DNA from: a virus
IMG/VR virus record: IMGVR_UViG_3300035494_000021
Location: 1 to 51,896 of that record
Strand: one strand, 5' to 3'
Length of the DNA: 51,896 bases
Shown here piece after piece: positions 6,806-18,100 of this stretch (positions are counted from its first letter, which is position 1; each line of letters opens with the position of its first letter). The notes beneath the pieces are model-generated. The model had not been told where the DNA came from. It searched no databases and saw only the letters and a program-made list of their open reading frames with translations. Position numbers and translations under genes: made by a program.

Positions 6806-8233
6806 CTACAATGTTGATACTTGGTTAGGTGTTAGGGCAGTCGCCCATGTAGCGATTTCACGAATGTCAAATGCGCCTGATGGGCCACCTGCTTGACCGA
6901 TGTAGAATTTATCCCATGCATCTGAAGGAGCAAAGGCCATAAATGCACGTTCGGTCTCTACGCCATCTCGATACGCAACAACTTCGTTGCCATCGATGGT
7001 GAATGCGAAACTAGAGATTTCCTCGTTCGCACCAACTGGGCCAAGATCAAATAGATACTGGGCGCCAAGTGGGTCATTAAGTACTAGCTGCGCGTGACCA
7101 TCGGCAATCCAGATTTTATCATCTCGAAGGCTATTATCCCACCAAATCATCATCCCGTCGGAGGCACCTGCAGTCCACGCGATTTCAAAGAACATCGTTA
7201 CATTTACGAAACCTTGTAGATTCAAATACGCATCGATAGTCAGCTGCTCATTATAATACGCACCATTGAGGCGGAGACCTGTCACATGATGGCGTGGCTC
7301 ATTTGGCGGCGCTGTTTGAGTATTACCAGACTTGTCAATATAGCCACGGTTTCCTGGGCCAGTGAATTCACTCATACCAAAGCCAATTGGAATATGAATA
7401 GATGATAGTGGAATCATCTTGAAGTCAGGTACAGGGACTGCGAAGTGGACTTCATCAGTCTCTCGAACAGCCAAGTACTCTTCTTCATTTAGAAGTAGAT
7501 GTTCTTGACCATCCCCTGTATCGTAGAAGCCTCGTCCATCTGATTCACGAATACCCAGACGCTTGGTGTCGCGTCGTAGGCCTGTCCAGCTCGCAGATGA
7601 GTGAATCGCATGGGATCCTGCTGACGCTGAGTTGATCAACGTCTCTTCTGCATCAAACCCTACTTGGCCAGTAAATCGACCACCAAGTGAAGCTGATACA
7701 CCACCAGCTTGCGCAGCAGTTACGCCGTGTGGGTTGTTGGTGTTATTAGCGTGGGTATCGATTGCGGACTGGAGGTTATTCACCAACAGATAAATCTGCG
7801 CCGACGTCAGCGTACCCGCCTGTGAAGCAGTTACACGGTGTGGGTTAGCAGTATCATCTGCGTGTTCTGAGAATCGAAGATCAGCGTCTTCAAGGTCTTG
7901 TGTTGTAACCTGAATTGCTGACAATCCCCATTGGGTGCGGTTGTTCATTGGGCTTGCAGATGTGGATGGGTTCGCTACAAGCGCAACATAAATTCGACCA
8001 TCCGCATTGTCCCATGCAAGCGCACCGAGACTGTATGGGATATCCGATCCCCACTCCATGACACCACGTTCCGCAAGCGCGTTCAAACATAAGTCAGAGC
8101 GGTATTGCAGATAGTTTAGCACTTCATAGGTTGGGATTTCATCAATCCAGCCTTGTTGGTACTTTGCTACTTCTGGTTCGCGTCGGGCACCAGCTGATGC
8201 CCAGACACGTCCACCAATAAGAGGTCTTAACAT
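6806..8233 (-). CDS. Tail fibre protein with C-terminal LamG/concanavalin-like domain
   Basis: Contains the NPHRVTASQAG and NPHGVTAAQAG fibre repeats. The C-terminal FDIREIATWATALTPNQVSTL resembles the Laminin_G_3 terminal motif. Confidence 0.7.
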   Translation of the reverse strand: MLRPLIGGRVWASAGARREPEVAKYQQGWIDEIPTYEVLNYLQYRSDLCLNALAERGVMEWGSDIPYSLGALAWDNADGRIYVALVANPSTSASPMNNRTQWGLSAIQVTTQDLEDADLRFSEHADDTANPHRVTASQAGTLTSAQIYLLVNNLQSAIDTHANNTNNPHGVTAAQAGGVSASLGGRFTGQVGFDAEETLINSASAGSHAIHSSASWTGLRRDTKRLGIRESDGRGFYDTGDGQEHLLLNEEEYLAVRETDEVHFAVPVPDFKMIPLSSIHIPIGFGMSEFTGPGNRGYIDKSGNTQTAPPNEPRHHVTGLRLNGAYYNEQLTIDAYLNLQGFVNVTMFFEIAWTAGASDGMMIWWDNSLRDDKIWIADGHAQLVLNDPLGAQYLFDLGPVGANEEISSFAFTIDGNEVVAYRDGVETERAFMAFAPSDAWDKFYIGQAGGPSGAFDIREIATWATALTPNQVSTL

Positions 8234-8235
8234 AG

Positions 8236-9486
8236 TTAGATACCTAATCCTGCTAGTTGACGTGACGTAAGGACTTTATTCCAAATCTTCAAGTCACGTA
8301 CTCGTGTTGCTGATGGGGGAAGATAATCCAGAAGATTACTCTCCACGGTTGTTCGGTTGATATACCATGGTACTCCGTCCACATAAGCAAATACAGTACC
8401 GACCGCAGCCATCACGTTGGTTGTTGAAAGCACCTGTGTTACCGCAGCATCAAGGATAAGCCCTTGCGCATCAAACGCAGGTTCATTGATTGCTGCAACT
8501 ACCGCGACACTTGATTTGTTGGTGTAGCTGATTGTATCATCAGAGGTATATTCAAAGTCTGCAAAGCCATTTCCTTGCGCTCGAGAGCTTACAACAGCAG
8601 ATAAGTTCTGATGAAGTGGTAGGTGAATGTCTGTTGGTGCTGATTTGAATTTCTGATTGTGCTTTCTGTGTAGCTTAATCGTGTTTCCATCATGTACGAT
8701 TTCAGACACGACTCCATCGACAGACAGCTCCGCGATAGTACTGATTCGCAATACTCGACCAGCTTGGATACCAATGTAGAATCCATTTGTATCTCGCCAT
8801 ACACGACCTTCAACTCCAAACCCCACTACACCGCCATCAAGTTGGACTTGTTGTTGGAATGTACCACCAGACTTTGGAATCAAATCGGCCTGAGCTGGAG
8901 TCACATTGTGTGGGTTGAGTTTGCCGTCTACGTGGTCTGTCAAGTTACCAGTCAGAGTAGCGAATTCGTCTTCGATGGTTGCTTGTGATAGCCCAGGAAC
9001 AACGAACTTCGACCAATCAGTTTCATGAGGATTTGACTTGTCATTGATGTGTGCATCAATCAATGCTACACGCTCTGCAATCTCTTGCAGGATATCGTCT
9101 TCTTCCGCAACAAGTCGGTTGTTTAGAGACCAGTACGTACCATCATCTGTGGATGGCTGCACATTCAGGCTTGGCTGTTCTGCGATATACGCATTACCAT
9201 CAGCTTCATCAATTACAACAGCTTGTGCTGCGTAGGTGATTTTCGATTCCCATAGGAATGGCTGATAACACCATTGCTTTAAATACGTATCCAGATAATT
9301 GTAGAAGAAGTTTACCCATTGGTGTGGCTGCTTTACAACGTCTTGGCCAGGTACTTCCCAACCATTATCCCAAACAAATGGGAACGCAGGATGCCCTGTA
9401 TCTAGCTCAGGGTCTGCAATATCCTCTGGCGCCCTTGGGATTTCTGCCCATGTATAGAGAAACGTCGGGCGTACATAAATTGCCAT
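8236..9486 (-). CDS. Tail fibre protein, paralogous architecture to 6806-8233
   Basis: ATG at 9486 follows AGGAGG. Contains NPHETDW and NPHNVTPAQAD repeats. C-terminal RVRDLKIWNKVLTSRQLAGL is LamG-like. Confidence 0.7.
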   Translation of the reverse strand: MAIYVRPTFLYTWAEIPRAPEDIADPELDTGHPAFPFVWDNGWEVPGQDVVKQPHQWVNFFYNYLDTYLKQWCYQPFLWESKITYAAQAVVIDEADGNAYIAEQPSLNVQPSTDDGTYWSLNNRLVAEEDDILQEIAERVALIDAHINDKSNPHETDWSKFVVPGLSQATIEDEFATLTGNLTDHVDGKLNPHNVTPAQADLIPKSGGTFQQQVQLDGGVVGFGVEGRVWRDTNGFYIGIQAGRVLRISTIAELSVDGVVSEIVHDGNTIKLHRKHNQKFKSAPTDIHLPLHQNLSAVVSSRAQGNGFADFEYTSDDTISYTNKSSVAVVAAINEPAFDAQGLILDAAVTQVLSTTNVMAAVGTVFAYVDGVPWYINRTTVESNLLDYLPPSATRVRDLKIWNKVLTSRQLAGLGI

Positions 9487-9487
9487 G

Positions 9488-10141
9488 TTAGCCTCCTGTT
9501 CCCACTGGATCAGTACCGATAACTCCGTTAAGATCTTCAACGATCATATCGACTCCTACGGGTTTGATGTGTTGTGCCACGGCTTTAATCAGTGCAATGT
9601 TCTGAACTGATAGTCGGGTGTGTAAAGTTACACGTGCAGTTGCTGGTGCTTCTTGTGTGATCTCCACCATAAGTGTTGGAGTATCTAGAAGCAGACGGTA
9701 GAATGCAATCGTATCTTCCACATTGCACACAGTTCTGTTCTTGATGATTCGTGCATCAATCCAGTTTCTGAATAGTGGATCTGGTAGTGTGATGTCTTGA
9801 ACTTCATCGTCGGAATCACTTCGCAATACACCACCCACTGAAGCATCAGAGTCTTTACCCATACCTAGTGCAGCATCAACTTCGTAGTAACCAAAGTTGC
9901 CTGCAATCTGAATACCACGTAGTACTCGCTCGCATCCGACCAGTTCTCCAATTACGTCCAGCTGTGCACCAACAGCGACATCATAATAGCGATCAGAAAT
10001 GGTTTCCTGAAGCGCTACCTGCACCTCTTCCTGCTCCAAAGTAAATGCACTCAGATACTTAATGAAGTTAGGAGAAGCGCGGTACTGAGTAAGCATAAGC
10101 CCCAGCATACTCGCTGATGGTAGGGGTAGTGTCGCTGCCAT
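9488..10141 (-). CDS. Baseplate / fibre-adaptor protein (DUF2612-like by recollection)
   Basis: 217-aa ORF directly after the baseplate J-like gene. GGAG RBS. Confidence 0.45.
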   Translation of the reverse strand: MAATLPLPSASMLGLMLTQYRASPNFIKYLSAFTLEQEEVQVALQETISDRYYDVAVGAQLDVIGELVGCERVLRGIQIAGNFGYYEVDAALGMGKDSDASVGGVLRSDSDDEVQDITLPDPLFRNWIDARIIKNRTVCNVEDTIAFYRLLLDTPTLMVEITQEAPATARVTLHTRLSVQNIALIKAVAQHIKPVGVDMIVEDLNGVIGTDPVGTGG

Positions 10142-10142
10142 A

Positions 10143-11288
10143 TCAGATCTCCGTTACGGTTACAAGGGTTGCGTTTGTAACTGCTTGCTCGAACGCTTCG
10201 ATTGGAACGTCGGCCACATCCACAGTATCGCCAGATTTGGCGACTTTGATGGTCTTCACAATTACATCACTTGCACCAGTGGCTGGAGCAAATAAGTCAG
10301 CCCAAATTACATCCATACCAATCTGGATAGAGTTGATGTGCTCAACAACTGCATCTCGGATATTTCGGATAGATGATAGCGCAACATTGTCAGGACGTAC
10401 CACTTCGATTTCCACCACGATATCAACTTCCGATGGTCGGGATAAGCCAATCTCATGTGTGTAGCCTTGAGAATCAGTAATAGGTACAATGATGTTCCCG
10501 TATGCCTGAATGCCAATTGGCTTGTTCTCATAGATACGTTGAGCCACTAGTGCTTCAGTACTACCAACCACCACCGTCATAAATGAGTGTGGAGGGAGGC
10601 CTGTTACTGGGTCTGTTGCCGCTGTAGAGTTTTCTACAATGGTGATGAATTCGAGGTCTAGGTCAGCTACCGCCGCATAGATTGCTTCTGCTGTTGCTGT
10701 ACCAGAACGGATAACTGAACGCTCACGACGAGCGCGCAGTTGAGGATCCGTCTCTCGAACTACACCTGTTACACCTGCTTCCGCATTGGTGATTGTTACG
10801 TCGAAACCTAGGGTACTTACTACCGACCACGTTTCGTTTGGCAGAATGGTGATTGCACCAATTTCTGTGCAGGTAGCAAGTGCTTCACCGTCAAGAATCA
10901 CGGAGTTACCAAGGATGAACTGTGTCCCGTTAGATTCAATGATTGTGCCTGCTGGCACTACTTGCCCGATATCGTCTTCATCAACATGAGCAATTTGCAC
11001 TGCTACAGTTGTTGGTCGGTTCTCGATGCGTGAGATACCATTAAGTCGGACCAGGTTATCCAGACCGATACCTGTAATTGCTGATGGATTGTACCCATGG
11101 TATGCAGCCTCAGCTAGTAACCATTGGTCGTAGATAAAGCGTGCCATCATACGGATCAGCATACCGTCTGGACTTTCTGGCGTCGTATCGAACGATTCGC
11201 CAAATTCTTGCTTTAGACGTGTTTCAATATCAGAAACAATATCGTCATAAGACTTAGGAGTGAACCCTAATTCAGAGATCCCCGCCAT
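10143..11288 (-). CDS. Baseplate J-like wedge protein
   Basis: Size, position and N-terminal pattern (ELGFTPKSYDDIVSDIETRLKQEFGESFDT...SPDGMLIRMMA) are typical of the Baseplate_J family. ATG at 11288. Confidence 0.7.
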   Translation of the reverse strand: MAGISELGFTPKSYDDIVSDIETRLKQEFGESFDTTPESPDGMLIRMMARFIYDQWLLAEAAYHGYNPSAITGIGLDNLVRLNGISRIENRPTTVAVQIAHVDEDDIGQVVPAGTIIESNGTQFILGNSVILDGEALATCTEIGAITILPNETWSVVSTLGFDVTITNAEAGVTGVVRETDPQLRARRERSVIRSGTATAEAIYAAVADLDLEFITIVENSTAATDPVTGLPPHSFMTVVVGSTEALVAQRIYENKPIGIQAYGNIIVPITDSQGYTHEIGLSRPSEVDIVVEIEVVRPDNVALSSIRNIRDAVVEHINSIQIGMDVIWADLFAPATGASDVIVKTIKVAKSGDTVDVADVPIEAFEQAVTNATLVTVTEI

Positions 11289-11640
11289 AAACAAACGCCT
11301 CGTCAAGTTGGCCCCAGTCTGAGTTGGCAACGAAATTGATAGTCAGCTTACGTGCTGTCTTATCTGTTACCATCGTCAGCGTCTCGATATTTCGAACATG
11401 AGGCGTGCTAAGAATTACATTTGATACTTGCATACGAAGAGCGCCAATATCTGCATTTCGCTCTAGTACCAAAAGCCATGGTAGCCCGACCGTTGGGTCA
11501 AGCTCCCACTCATTAAGAATAGTGGATAATCGGTTACGAACAAGCTGTGCTGTATATTCCAAGCCACTTGTTCGTCTTGCACCACGACCAATTACAAGGT
11601 CGTTATCCACACTCAGTTTTAAGTTATAAGGTACTGCCAT
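11272..11640 (-). CDS. Small baseplate wedge protein (gp25/W-like position)
   Basis: 122-aa ORF between the PAAR and J-like genes. Called mostly on synteny. Confidence 0.45.
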   Translation of the reverse strand: MAVPYNLKLSVDNDLVIGRGARRTSGLEYTAQLVRNRLSTILNEWELDPTVGLPWLLVLERNADIGALRMQVSNVILSTPHVRNIETLTMVTDKTARKLTINFVANSDWGQLDEAFVYGGDL

Positions 11641-11641
11641 A

Positions 11642-11953
11642 CTAGCCACCTATAAAGACATTAGTTGAGCCCTGGGCAATTGCATCACCGCTACCGCTAG
11701 AACATTCTAGGCTATCGCCGATTCGTCCTGCTTGCTTGCCATTGATAAACACCGAGCCACTACCTGATTCTAGTTCAGGAGAGTGTGGCTCAGGACTGCT
11801 TCCAGGCTTCACATGAATTGCAAAGATTGTACCTGCCATTACCGCTGGTTTCCCATTGATAAAGACGTTCGTCGAGTACCCACTTAAGGATACTGTAGGT
11901 GGCCATGTCTCGTGCCCAGTTGTTGGGGCTGGGTGGTTACTAGCTGCTGGCAT
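11642..11953 (-). CDS. PAAR-repeat spike-tip protein
   Basis: TNVFINGKPAVMAG ... SVFINGKQAGRIGD ... STNVFIGG are typical PAAR motifs. ATG at 11953 follows AGGTGA. Confidence 0.8.
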   Translation of the reverse strand: MPAASNHPAPTTGHETWPPTVSLSGYSTNVFINGKPAVMAGTIFAIHVKPGSSPEPHSPELESGSGSVFINGKQAGRIGDSLECSSGSGDAIAQGSTNVFIGG

Positions 11954-12413
11954 ACTCTTCACCTACTTTCTGTTGAAGGATGAGTTTGTTGGTTGTGTAG
12001 TTCTGATACACAATTACCTGCAACTCTAACGTCGGCATTTGGACCGGAGTCAGTAAAGGGTCAAGAGGGTCAATATAAATACCATCACAAGTGATAGTAA
12101 AGATTCTTGTGTTTTCGCCTACTGGTTTAAACTCCGTCATTCGATAGGAGAATGGAACATCATCCCAGTCGAATACGGTCTGCTCGACATAGTCAGGGTC
12201 TAGGTACTTGATGTACTCTACACCAAAGAGACCGACAAGGTTACTACCAATTGTCGACACATAAATCCCATTCTCATCTGCACTAACTGTAAAGATGGAT
12301 TGATCATGATCAGTTGCAACAGAATACTCAGTTGCGCCCTCACTCCATGTGATTGTCTCGTTCACGGAGCCAGTCTCATCACCTTCATACAATGGAGAAA
12401 CATGTGACCACAT
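11940..12413 (-). CDS. Hypothetical baseplate-region protein
   Basis: 157-aa ORF between the spike and PAAR genes. Confidence 0.6.
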   Translation of the reverse strand: MWSHVSPLYEGDETGSVNETITWSEGATEYSVATDHDQSIFTVSADENGIYVSTIGSNLVGLFGVEYIKYLDPDYVEQTVFDWDDVPFSYRMTEFKPVGENTRIFTITCDGIYIDPLDPLLTPVQMPTLELQVIVYQNYTTNKLILQQKVGEEYASS

Positions 12414-12420
12414 AAGTTAC

Positions 12421-12987
12421 CTATTCATTCAGATGGATTTGTGATGCATTCAGCTTCATTGCGCCACCAGCAGTGAGATTCATATCACCACTAGCAGAGA
12501 TATCGACTGTTGTCGCTGCTATTACAATAGAGCCATCTGCCTTTAACGTAATGTGTTGACTACCATCAGTGCTTCTAATCTGAAAATCTTCAGTATTAAA
12601 TCCTGTAATGGCAGTCTCCAGATTACCTAATGATACTCGACAAGAGGCATCTGAGCGGTCAAAGCGTCTTAATGCTTGCGACTCAGGCTCACCTCCAATT
12701 GTGTTGTATTTTCGTCTGTTCTCGTATAGCCAATGCTCAATACCCGACTGGTAGAATTCAACAATACAGTCATCCCCAGCCTTAACTGGGAATGTCATTG
12801 AGAAGCCTTGGCAGCGTGGGAACTCCACAGGCACATCAACCAAAACACTCTCGCCTTGATTAACATAGTTTGTGTCGTACGTACTGCAGAAGTCAGTGAC
12901 GGCTAGTTGGACTTTAGCCATCTGGGTAGCCGCATCGAACTCAACAATTGTTCCCAATGTTTTTGTTTGAATTTCACCTTGGCGCAT
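12421..12987 (-). CDS. Central baseplate spike protein (gpV / Mu gp45-like)
   Basis: N-terminal OB-like region (GTIVEFDAATQMAKVQL...VPVEFP) and C-terminal beta-helix-like repeats (ITLKADGSIVIAATTVDISASGDMNLTAGGAMKLNAS). Confidence 0.65.
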   Translation of the reverse strand: MRQGEIQTKTLGTIVEFDAATQMAKVQLAVTDFCSTYDTNYVNQGESVLVDVPVEFPRCQGFSMTFPVKAGDDCIVEFYQSGIEHWLYENRRKYNTIGGEPESQALRRFDRSDASCRVSLGNLETAITGFNTEDFQIRSTDGSQHITLKADGSIVIAATTVDISASGDMNLTAGGAMKLNASQIHLNE

Positions 12988-12989
12988 AA

Positions 12990-14102
12990 TTAACCTACAA
13001 AGATTTCATCGAAGTCGACGATAACATACAAGCGCAGATTGGTTGAAACATCTGCATCTTCATTACGCTCATCGATATTTACCGCCACAAGTGACGGAAG
13101 CGGTGTGTTGTATTGCGCAACCAGATTCAGTCCGGCTGTGATTGTGATTGACTCAACATAGCGAGTCACGCCATTTGCAATCCAACGTAGTCGCGTTGTG
13201 TACGCCTCTAGCACCTTGTTGTACTTCAATCGTCCCAGAGTATACTCAGTATTTTGATACACAAATCTGGTATCATACTCAGTCGAATATGGTACTTCGA
13301 TATGCTCATACTCAGAGAAATCCGATGGAATATCTATTGATACTTGCTTTACACTTGATACTGCTGGTGCCAAGGCTCTTGCGCCACTACGGGCTGTTGC
13401 CATATATACACTAGCAGCAGGGGCTGCAAAGCTAGTTAGCTGGTCTGTGATTGCCGCCTCACCATCAGAGTTGTTTGTACTCTGTGGGACGGAGTCTGGG
13501 CGATTTACAGTGACCACATTCAGCTGCTCGAAGGTCAACTGCATGGGAAGGCTGTACGAATCCTGTACAGTGTTCGAGACACTATATTCACGGATTACGC
13601 AGTTCTGCTTAATACCACGCAGCGTTACCACATGTACAAGCATGCCTAGCTGATTGAGTCGGTTGATGATTTCAAATGTGCTGTCAATCTTCTCCATTGA
13701 CACCTGTCCCAACAGCGCCGTAGCGACGGAGTTGGTAACGGGTGAGGAGAAGAATGGTAGCGTCAATGCATCATTATCATACTTAGCACGGCCTTCACGG
13801 ATAGTGGTTTCGTACGCAATGTTTGCAAATCCAACAGCCGCCATTAGCTCATTAAAGGACTCTTTAAAATCCTTTCGTAACGTGCTCACCGACATCGAGA
13901 AATTTGACTGCAGGACGTTGGCAGTAAAGATGCGGTTCAGACGGATTGCATGGTCGGATACCATAAATCCGGAATCGACAGGATACGATGTTACCTGCAC
14001 AGCTCCAGAATGTTGTTCGGATAGTGCAGCATCAAAAGCCAACACGTTCCATTTGTTGTTCTCTTCCCATACAATCAGTAGCTCTCTCAGTTTATTAGCC
14101 AT
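12990..14102 (-). CDS. Baseplate hub-region protein (function unassigned)
   Basis: ORF downstream of the tape-measure-position gene. ATG at 14102 is preferred over the GTG at 14126. Confidence 0.55.
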   Translation of the reverse strand: MANKLRELLIVWEENNKWNVLAFDAALSEQHSGAVQVTSYPVDSGFMVSDHAIRLNRIFTANVLQSNFSMSVSTLRKDFKESFNELMAAVGFANIAYETTIREGRAKYDNDALTLPFFSSPVTNSVATALLGQVSMEKIDSTFEIINRLNQLGMLVHVVTLRGIKQNCVIREYSVSNTVQDSYSLPMQLTFEQLNVVTVNRPDSVPQSTNNSDGEAAITDQLTSFAAPAASVYMATARSGARALAPAVSSVKQVSIDIPSDFSEYEHIEVPYSTEYDTRFVYQNTEYTLGRLKYNKVLEAYTTRLRWIANGVTRYVESITITAGLNLVAQYNTPLPSLVAVNIDERNEDADVSTNLRLYVIVDFDEIFVG

Positions 14103-15159
14103 ATACTTCTGCGTCTCCTGAGTCACCTGCGGTTGGAATTGTACAGATCAAAGTCGATAACCAATCTGGACCATAGTTATCAATTCGATGTACTACACGC
14201 AGCACCATATATACTTGCATAGATGCCCATTCTGCTACATCATCGACATAGAATAGTGGGTTGCCTACAGCAGTCCATTCGGTGATGCCTTGTGCTGGTT
14301 GGCTGGTATCACCACGTGTTCCATCAATCGAGCCTACATCCACAACCCATCCTGGATAGATGGTAGGAGAGAATGTATACGGGATTTCTAGAGAGGCAAG
14401 CCCTGCTACAGGTGTCCCTCGTACAAGAGGCACTTGAATATCAAAGCGGTTGCCGTCATCTTGAAGGACGTTGAATGCAGTAATACCAGAATCAGTGTTG
14501 TTGATTCGAGGGTAGAAGCCGATACCAGCCGCAGTGTGATGATAATCAAATTGATATTGCGTGGCGAGTTTATTCAACGCACCTAGCAGACTATCATCAC
14601 CCATTGATTTAATGGAGCCAGTCCAGCGTTGGTTCAGCTTCTCGGCAGATAGTTTGAACTCCAATCCGCCTTCTGTGTACCCTGCGCTTGTACACATTTC
14701 TGTAAGGACTTTTCTCAATGTGTAGCCATCGTTAATTCCCGCATTGATCTCTTTGAAATCTTGACGCAGGAACGAGCTAGACACTGGCAGAATATATAGA
14801 TGGGTTAATGAGTTTGGTCTTGCTCTGACTGCAGTAGCATTCATTACAATCCCATCGATCAGCAGTGGATACTTACCAGTTGCATCAATCTCATCTTCAT
14901 ACCCAGCAAAGATTCGAATAAACACCTTATTAGGCTCACGAACCTTTGCCGCATTTCGGTCTGTTGATGATTGATGGTCACCAGTAATTAATTGTCGCTG
15001 GTTCTTCCCTGATAGGTTGTAGATGGTCACATGCGCCTGTGACAGCGCTTGTGCCAAACTCATATCCATGCTGACCGTGATCTTCAAATCTGAAATGGTA
15101 AGAAAGGGCTCTTCGGTCAGAGATCGTCTTGCCTCAACTTGAATCACACGTTTATACAT
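14095..15159 (-). CDS. Tail/baseplate hub-region protein (function unassigned)
   Basis: 354-aa ORF. Its start overlaps the upstream stop (TAATG). Confidence 0.55.
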   Translation of the reverse strand: MYKRVIQVEARRSLTEEPFLTISDLKITVSMDMSLAQALSQAHVTIYNLSGKNQRQLITGDHQSSTDRNAAKVREPNKVFIRIFAGYEDEIDATGKYPLLIDGIVMNATAVRARPNSLTHLYILPVSSSFLRQDFKEINAGINDGYTLRKVLTEMCTSAGYTEGGLEFKLSAEKLNQRWTGSIKSMGDDSLLGALNKLATQYQFDYHHTAAGIGFYPRINNTDSGITAFNVLQDDGNRFDIQVPLVRGTPVAGLASLEIPYTFSPTIYPGWVVDVGSIDGTRGDTSQPAQGITEWTAVGNPLFYVDDVAEWASMQVYMVLRVVHRIDNYGPDWLSTLICTIPTAGDSGDAEVYG

Positions 15160-18100
15160 TAGTGGTATCCTCTACCTTGGTTGTATGGCTTGCGGGTTGT
15201 AGTGCGGCCATCACCAGCGTCAGTAACAACCTCAACACCATTAGCATTAAGGTTGACATCAACTTTGATTGGCATTCCTGCGCTATACCCACTTTGCCAT
15301 TTCGATGGTGCACGACCACCATAAGCTGCTTTGTATGCTGCCTCTGCCGTAGAGTTGCCGGATACATCGAAAGCGCTCTTCTCAGCACCTTCACGAGAGT
15401 ACATTACTCGCAATGCTTTAGCAGCTTGCTTGTTGCCACTGACGTCGAATCCTACCTGCTCCATGGCTGGTGCGCCCTCCGTCCCTTTGAGCACCATCAA
15501 GATTTCAGCGATATTACCTGCAATATCGGTCATTACACCTGTCTGCAAGTTCTCAATAGCGGTCTTGACGAGGTTGACACCCTCATTGAGTGTCATCTGG
15601 GATTCGGACGCACCAGTCTTCACTAGTGTCTGGAGGCCAGTTTGTTCTGCAATAGCTGACATTTGCATATCAGAGTATCCACGAGCACGACCACGTTCCA
15701 TCATACGGTCACGTAATTGTGTAGCCGTAATATCGCCGCGGCTCAAAGAGTTGATGTCACCGAAGTTCATCAAGCCACGAGAGCCCACTACCATGTTTAC
15801 AGCATTATCAGTGAAGCCAAGGGTCATTCCACCAGCACTACGTCCCATAGCCATAACATCATTAGACGCCTGCTCACGGGAATAATACTGATTACTGATT
15901 GCATCACGTTGTCGTTGGAAGGAGCTTCTAGAGACACCTGCAACACCTGCCTGATAAGACAAGTTTAGGCCAACAGAGTTTACAGCATCAGCAGTATTAT
16001 ACGCAGCGCCAGCTACACCAGTAACTAGGTTAATCGCTCGCCCAATCGGACCAGCACCTGCCATAGCAGCTCGGAATACACCACCTAATCCTTGTGGAGC
16101 ATCGCGGCCAGAGAGGGCATTGTAGCCGAAATCGTTTCCACGACCTCCACCACCACCACCGCCACGGCCACCGCCACCAGTAGCAGGGGTTGGCATCCCC
16201 ATTTGCTCGGCTAGCATGCCTGAGTTTTCGACACCGTATCGTTGAGACAGCTTCTCGAAGGATTTGATGTTACCTTCTTCTACCGCCTTCGCGAATTTCT
16301 TACGGGTGTCTTCATCCATGTTGGCTAGCTGATTAGCTACACGCCCAGCTTCTTCCCATCGGCCTTTATTTCGATTTACATATTCCTCATCACGATCAAT
16401 TGTTCGGCGACGAATATTCGACTCGTTAACTCCTTTACGTCCTAGTGGCTGTAGTGGGTCAACTGGGTCACGCAAGATTTCAACAAGGTCAGTCTGTGTT
16501 TGCCCCGTCATCCACATCTGGTACTGGGTTTGTTCCCAGTTCTTACGATAGGTCTTTAAGTCTTGCTGGCCCTGAGAAGTAGTTAAATCTAATTTATCAG
16601 GATCGATGAATCGATTTCGAGATTTGACCTCAACAGGTCGGAAGCCTTGATTAGGTGATACCGCATCAAGAGTGGCCGCATTACCAACACGGTTAGGGTC
16701 AGTGACAGTACCTGGTTGGAATGCTTCTTTATCAACATTCTTTCGATACCAATCTACCGCATGCTGCTCTAGGATGTCACCAGACTTTTGCCAGATGTTT
16801 GGCTTCTGTGCTGGTAGTGGGCGATCATGCGTGAGAGCATCACGAATCAGATTCGCATATGCACCTTCCGCTGTATCTGGGTTGGCTAGCATCCCTGCGG
16901 AAGTAGCTGTAATTTTACCCAGACGATCACGACGCCATTTCGAGTTTGCCTCTAGTTTGTCGTCATCACTAAAGCCCATTGTCAGACCAGTCTGAGAGAG
17001 CCATGCTGACATTGCTGCATCTGGAGAACCATATGCTGCCGCCATACGCTGCTCTGTCTTAACTTCCGCTGCTGCCTGAATAACGCTACCTGTAGCTGGT
17101 GCTACCGGAGATGCAGCAGGGTTGACTTTGCGTCGTGCCTTTGGAGTTGCCTTTCGTGGAGGAGTTGGGGTATATTGAACAGCCGTTGGGACTGTGGTCG
17201 TTACACCAGTGTCGAGTGGTACACCAACTTGAGTAACATCAGAGCGCTGATTGATCAAACGTTGGATTGCTTGATCAATATTATCGTCCATTGCCGCAGC
17301 TTCAAATTCGATGGTGTCGCCGCCTTGGAGAGACTGCATTACCACTTCTCGAAGAAGGGAGCGGTTGTTTACTTGATCTCCTTGAAGATCAGCATCAGTG
17401 AATGATAACATCTGCATCCCAGACTTGATTGCTTCTGAGATATCGTTAGTTACTTCAAACTCGTAATTGCCCTTTACTTCAGAGCCATAAAGGGACTTAA
17501 CTGTTTGGGATGGGTCAGCTAAACCCGCAGCAGCTAACTCATCTTGTAGGTAGCGTAGCTCTTTCGAGCTAGTATTGCGTGCCTTAGATAAGCCACCACC
17601 TTCATCCTTATAAGCTTGGCGAAGCTCTCTGAATGATTCTGCATATGGTGATGTGTAAGTACCATCTTCATTTTGTGTCCATGCCTTGTCGATACGCCCC
17701 ACAAGGAATTGTGAGTTCGACGACGCAATCAGTTTCGCTACTTCTGATACTGATGGGAAAGCCTGAGTGATACCTGGGCCCAAGCCTTTTGTTGGGTCTT
17801 TCTGGAACTGTGCCAAGCCGATATTTGCTAGACGGGCAGGTAATAGTTTATTAAGAGCGCCAGACACTTGTCCGACCATATCACTATACCCAGCACTCAG
17901 CTCACCACCTTCAAACGCTTCAGAGTCAATATACGCTCTGGCGATTGCTCCAAGGTGGTTACTCTGCTCACGCAATCGACCTACCCATTTATCACCAGAG
18001 TCTGGTGTGATTAGGTCTGGCGCATCTAGCTGTTGCTTGTATCCTTCTCGCGACAAAGTCATTGCCCCGACCACATCTAGTGCGCGGTCAATAGGGGACT

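Noticed and set aside
16137-16178. Gly/Arg homopolymeric run (GGGGRGGGGGGGRG) as a slippage-prone or frameshift site
   Set aside because: The reading frame continues uninterrupted on both sides. It is best explained as a flexible linker in the tape-measure-position protein.
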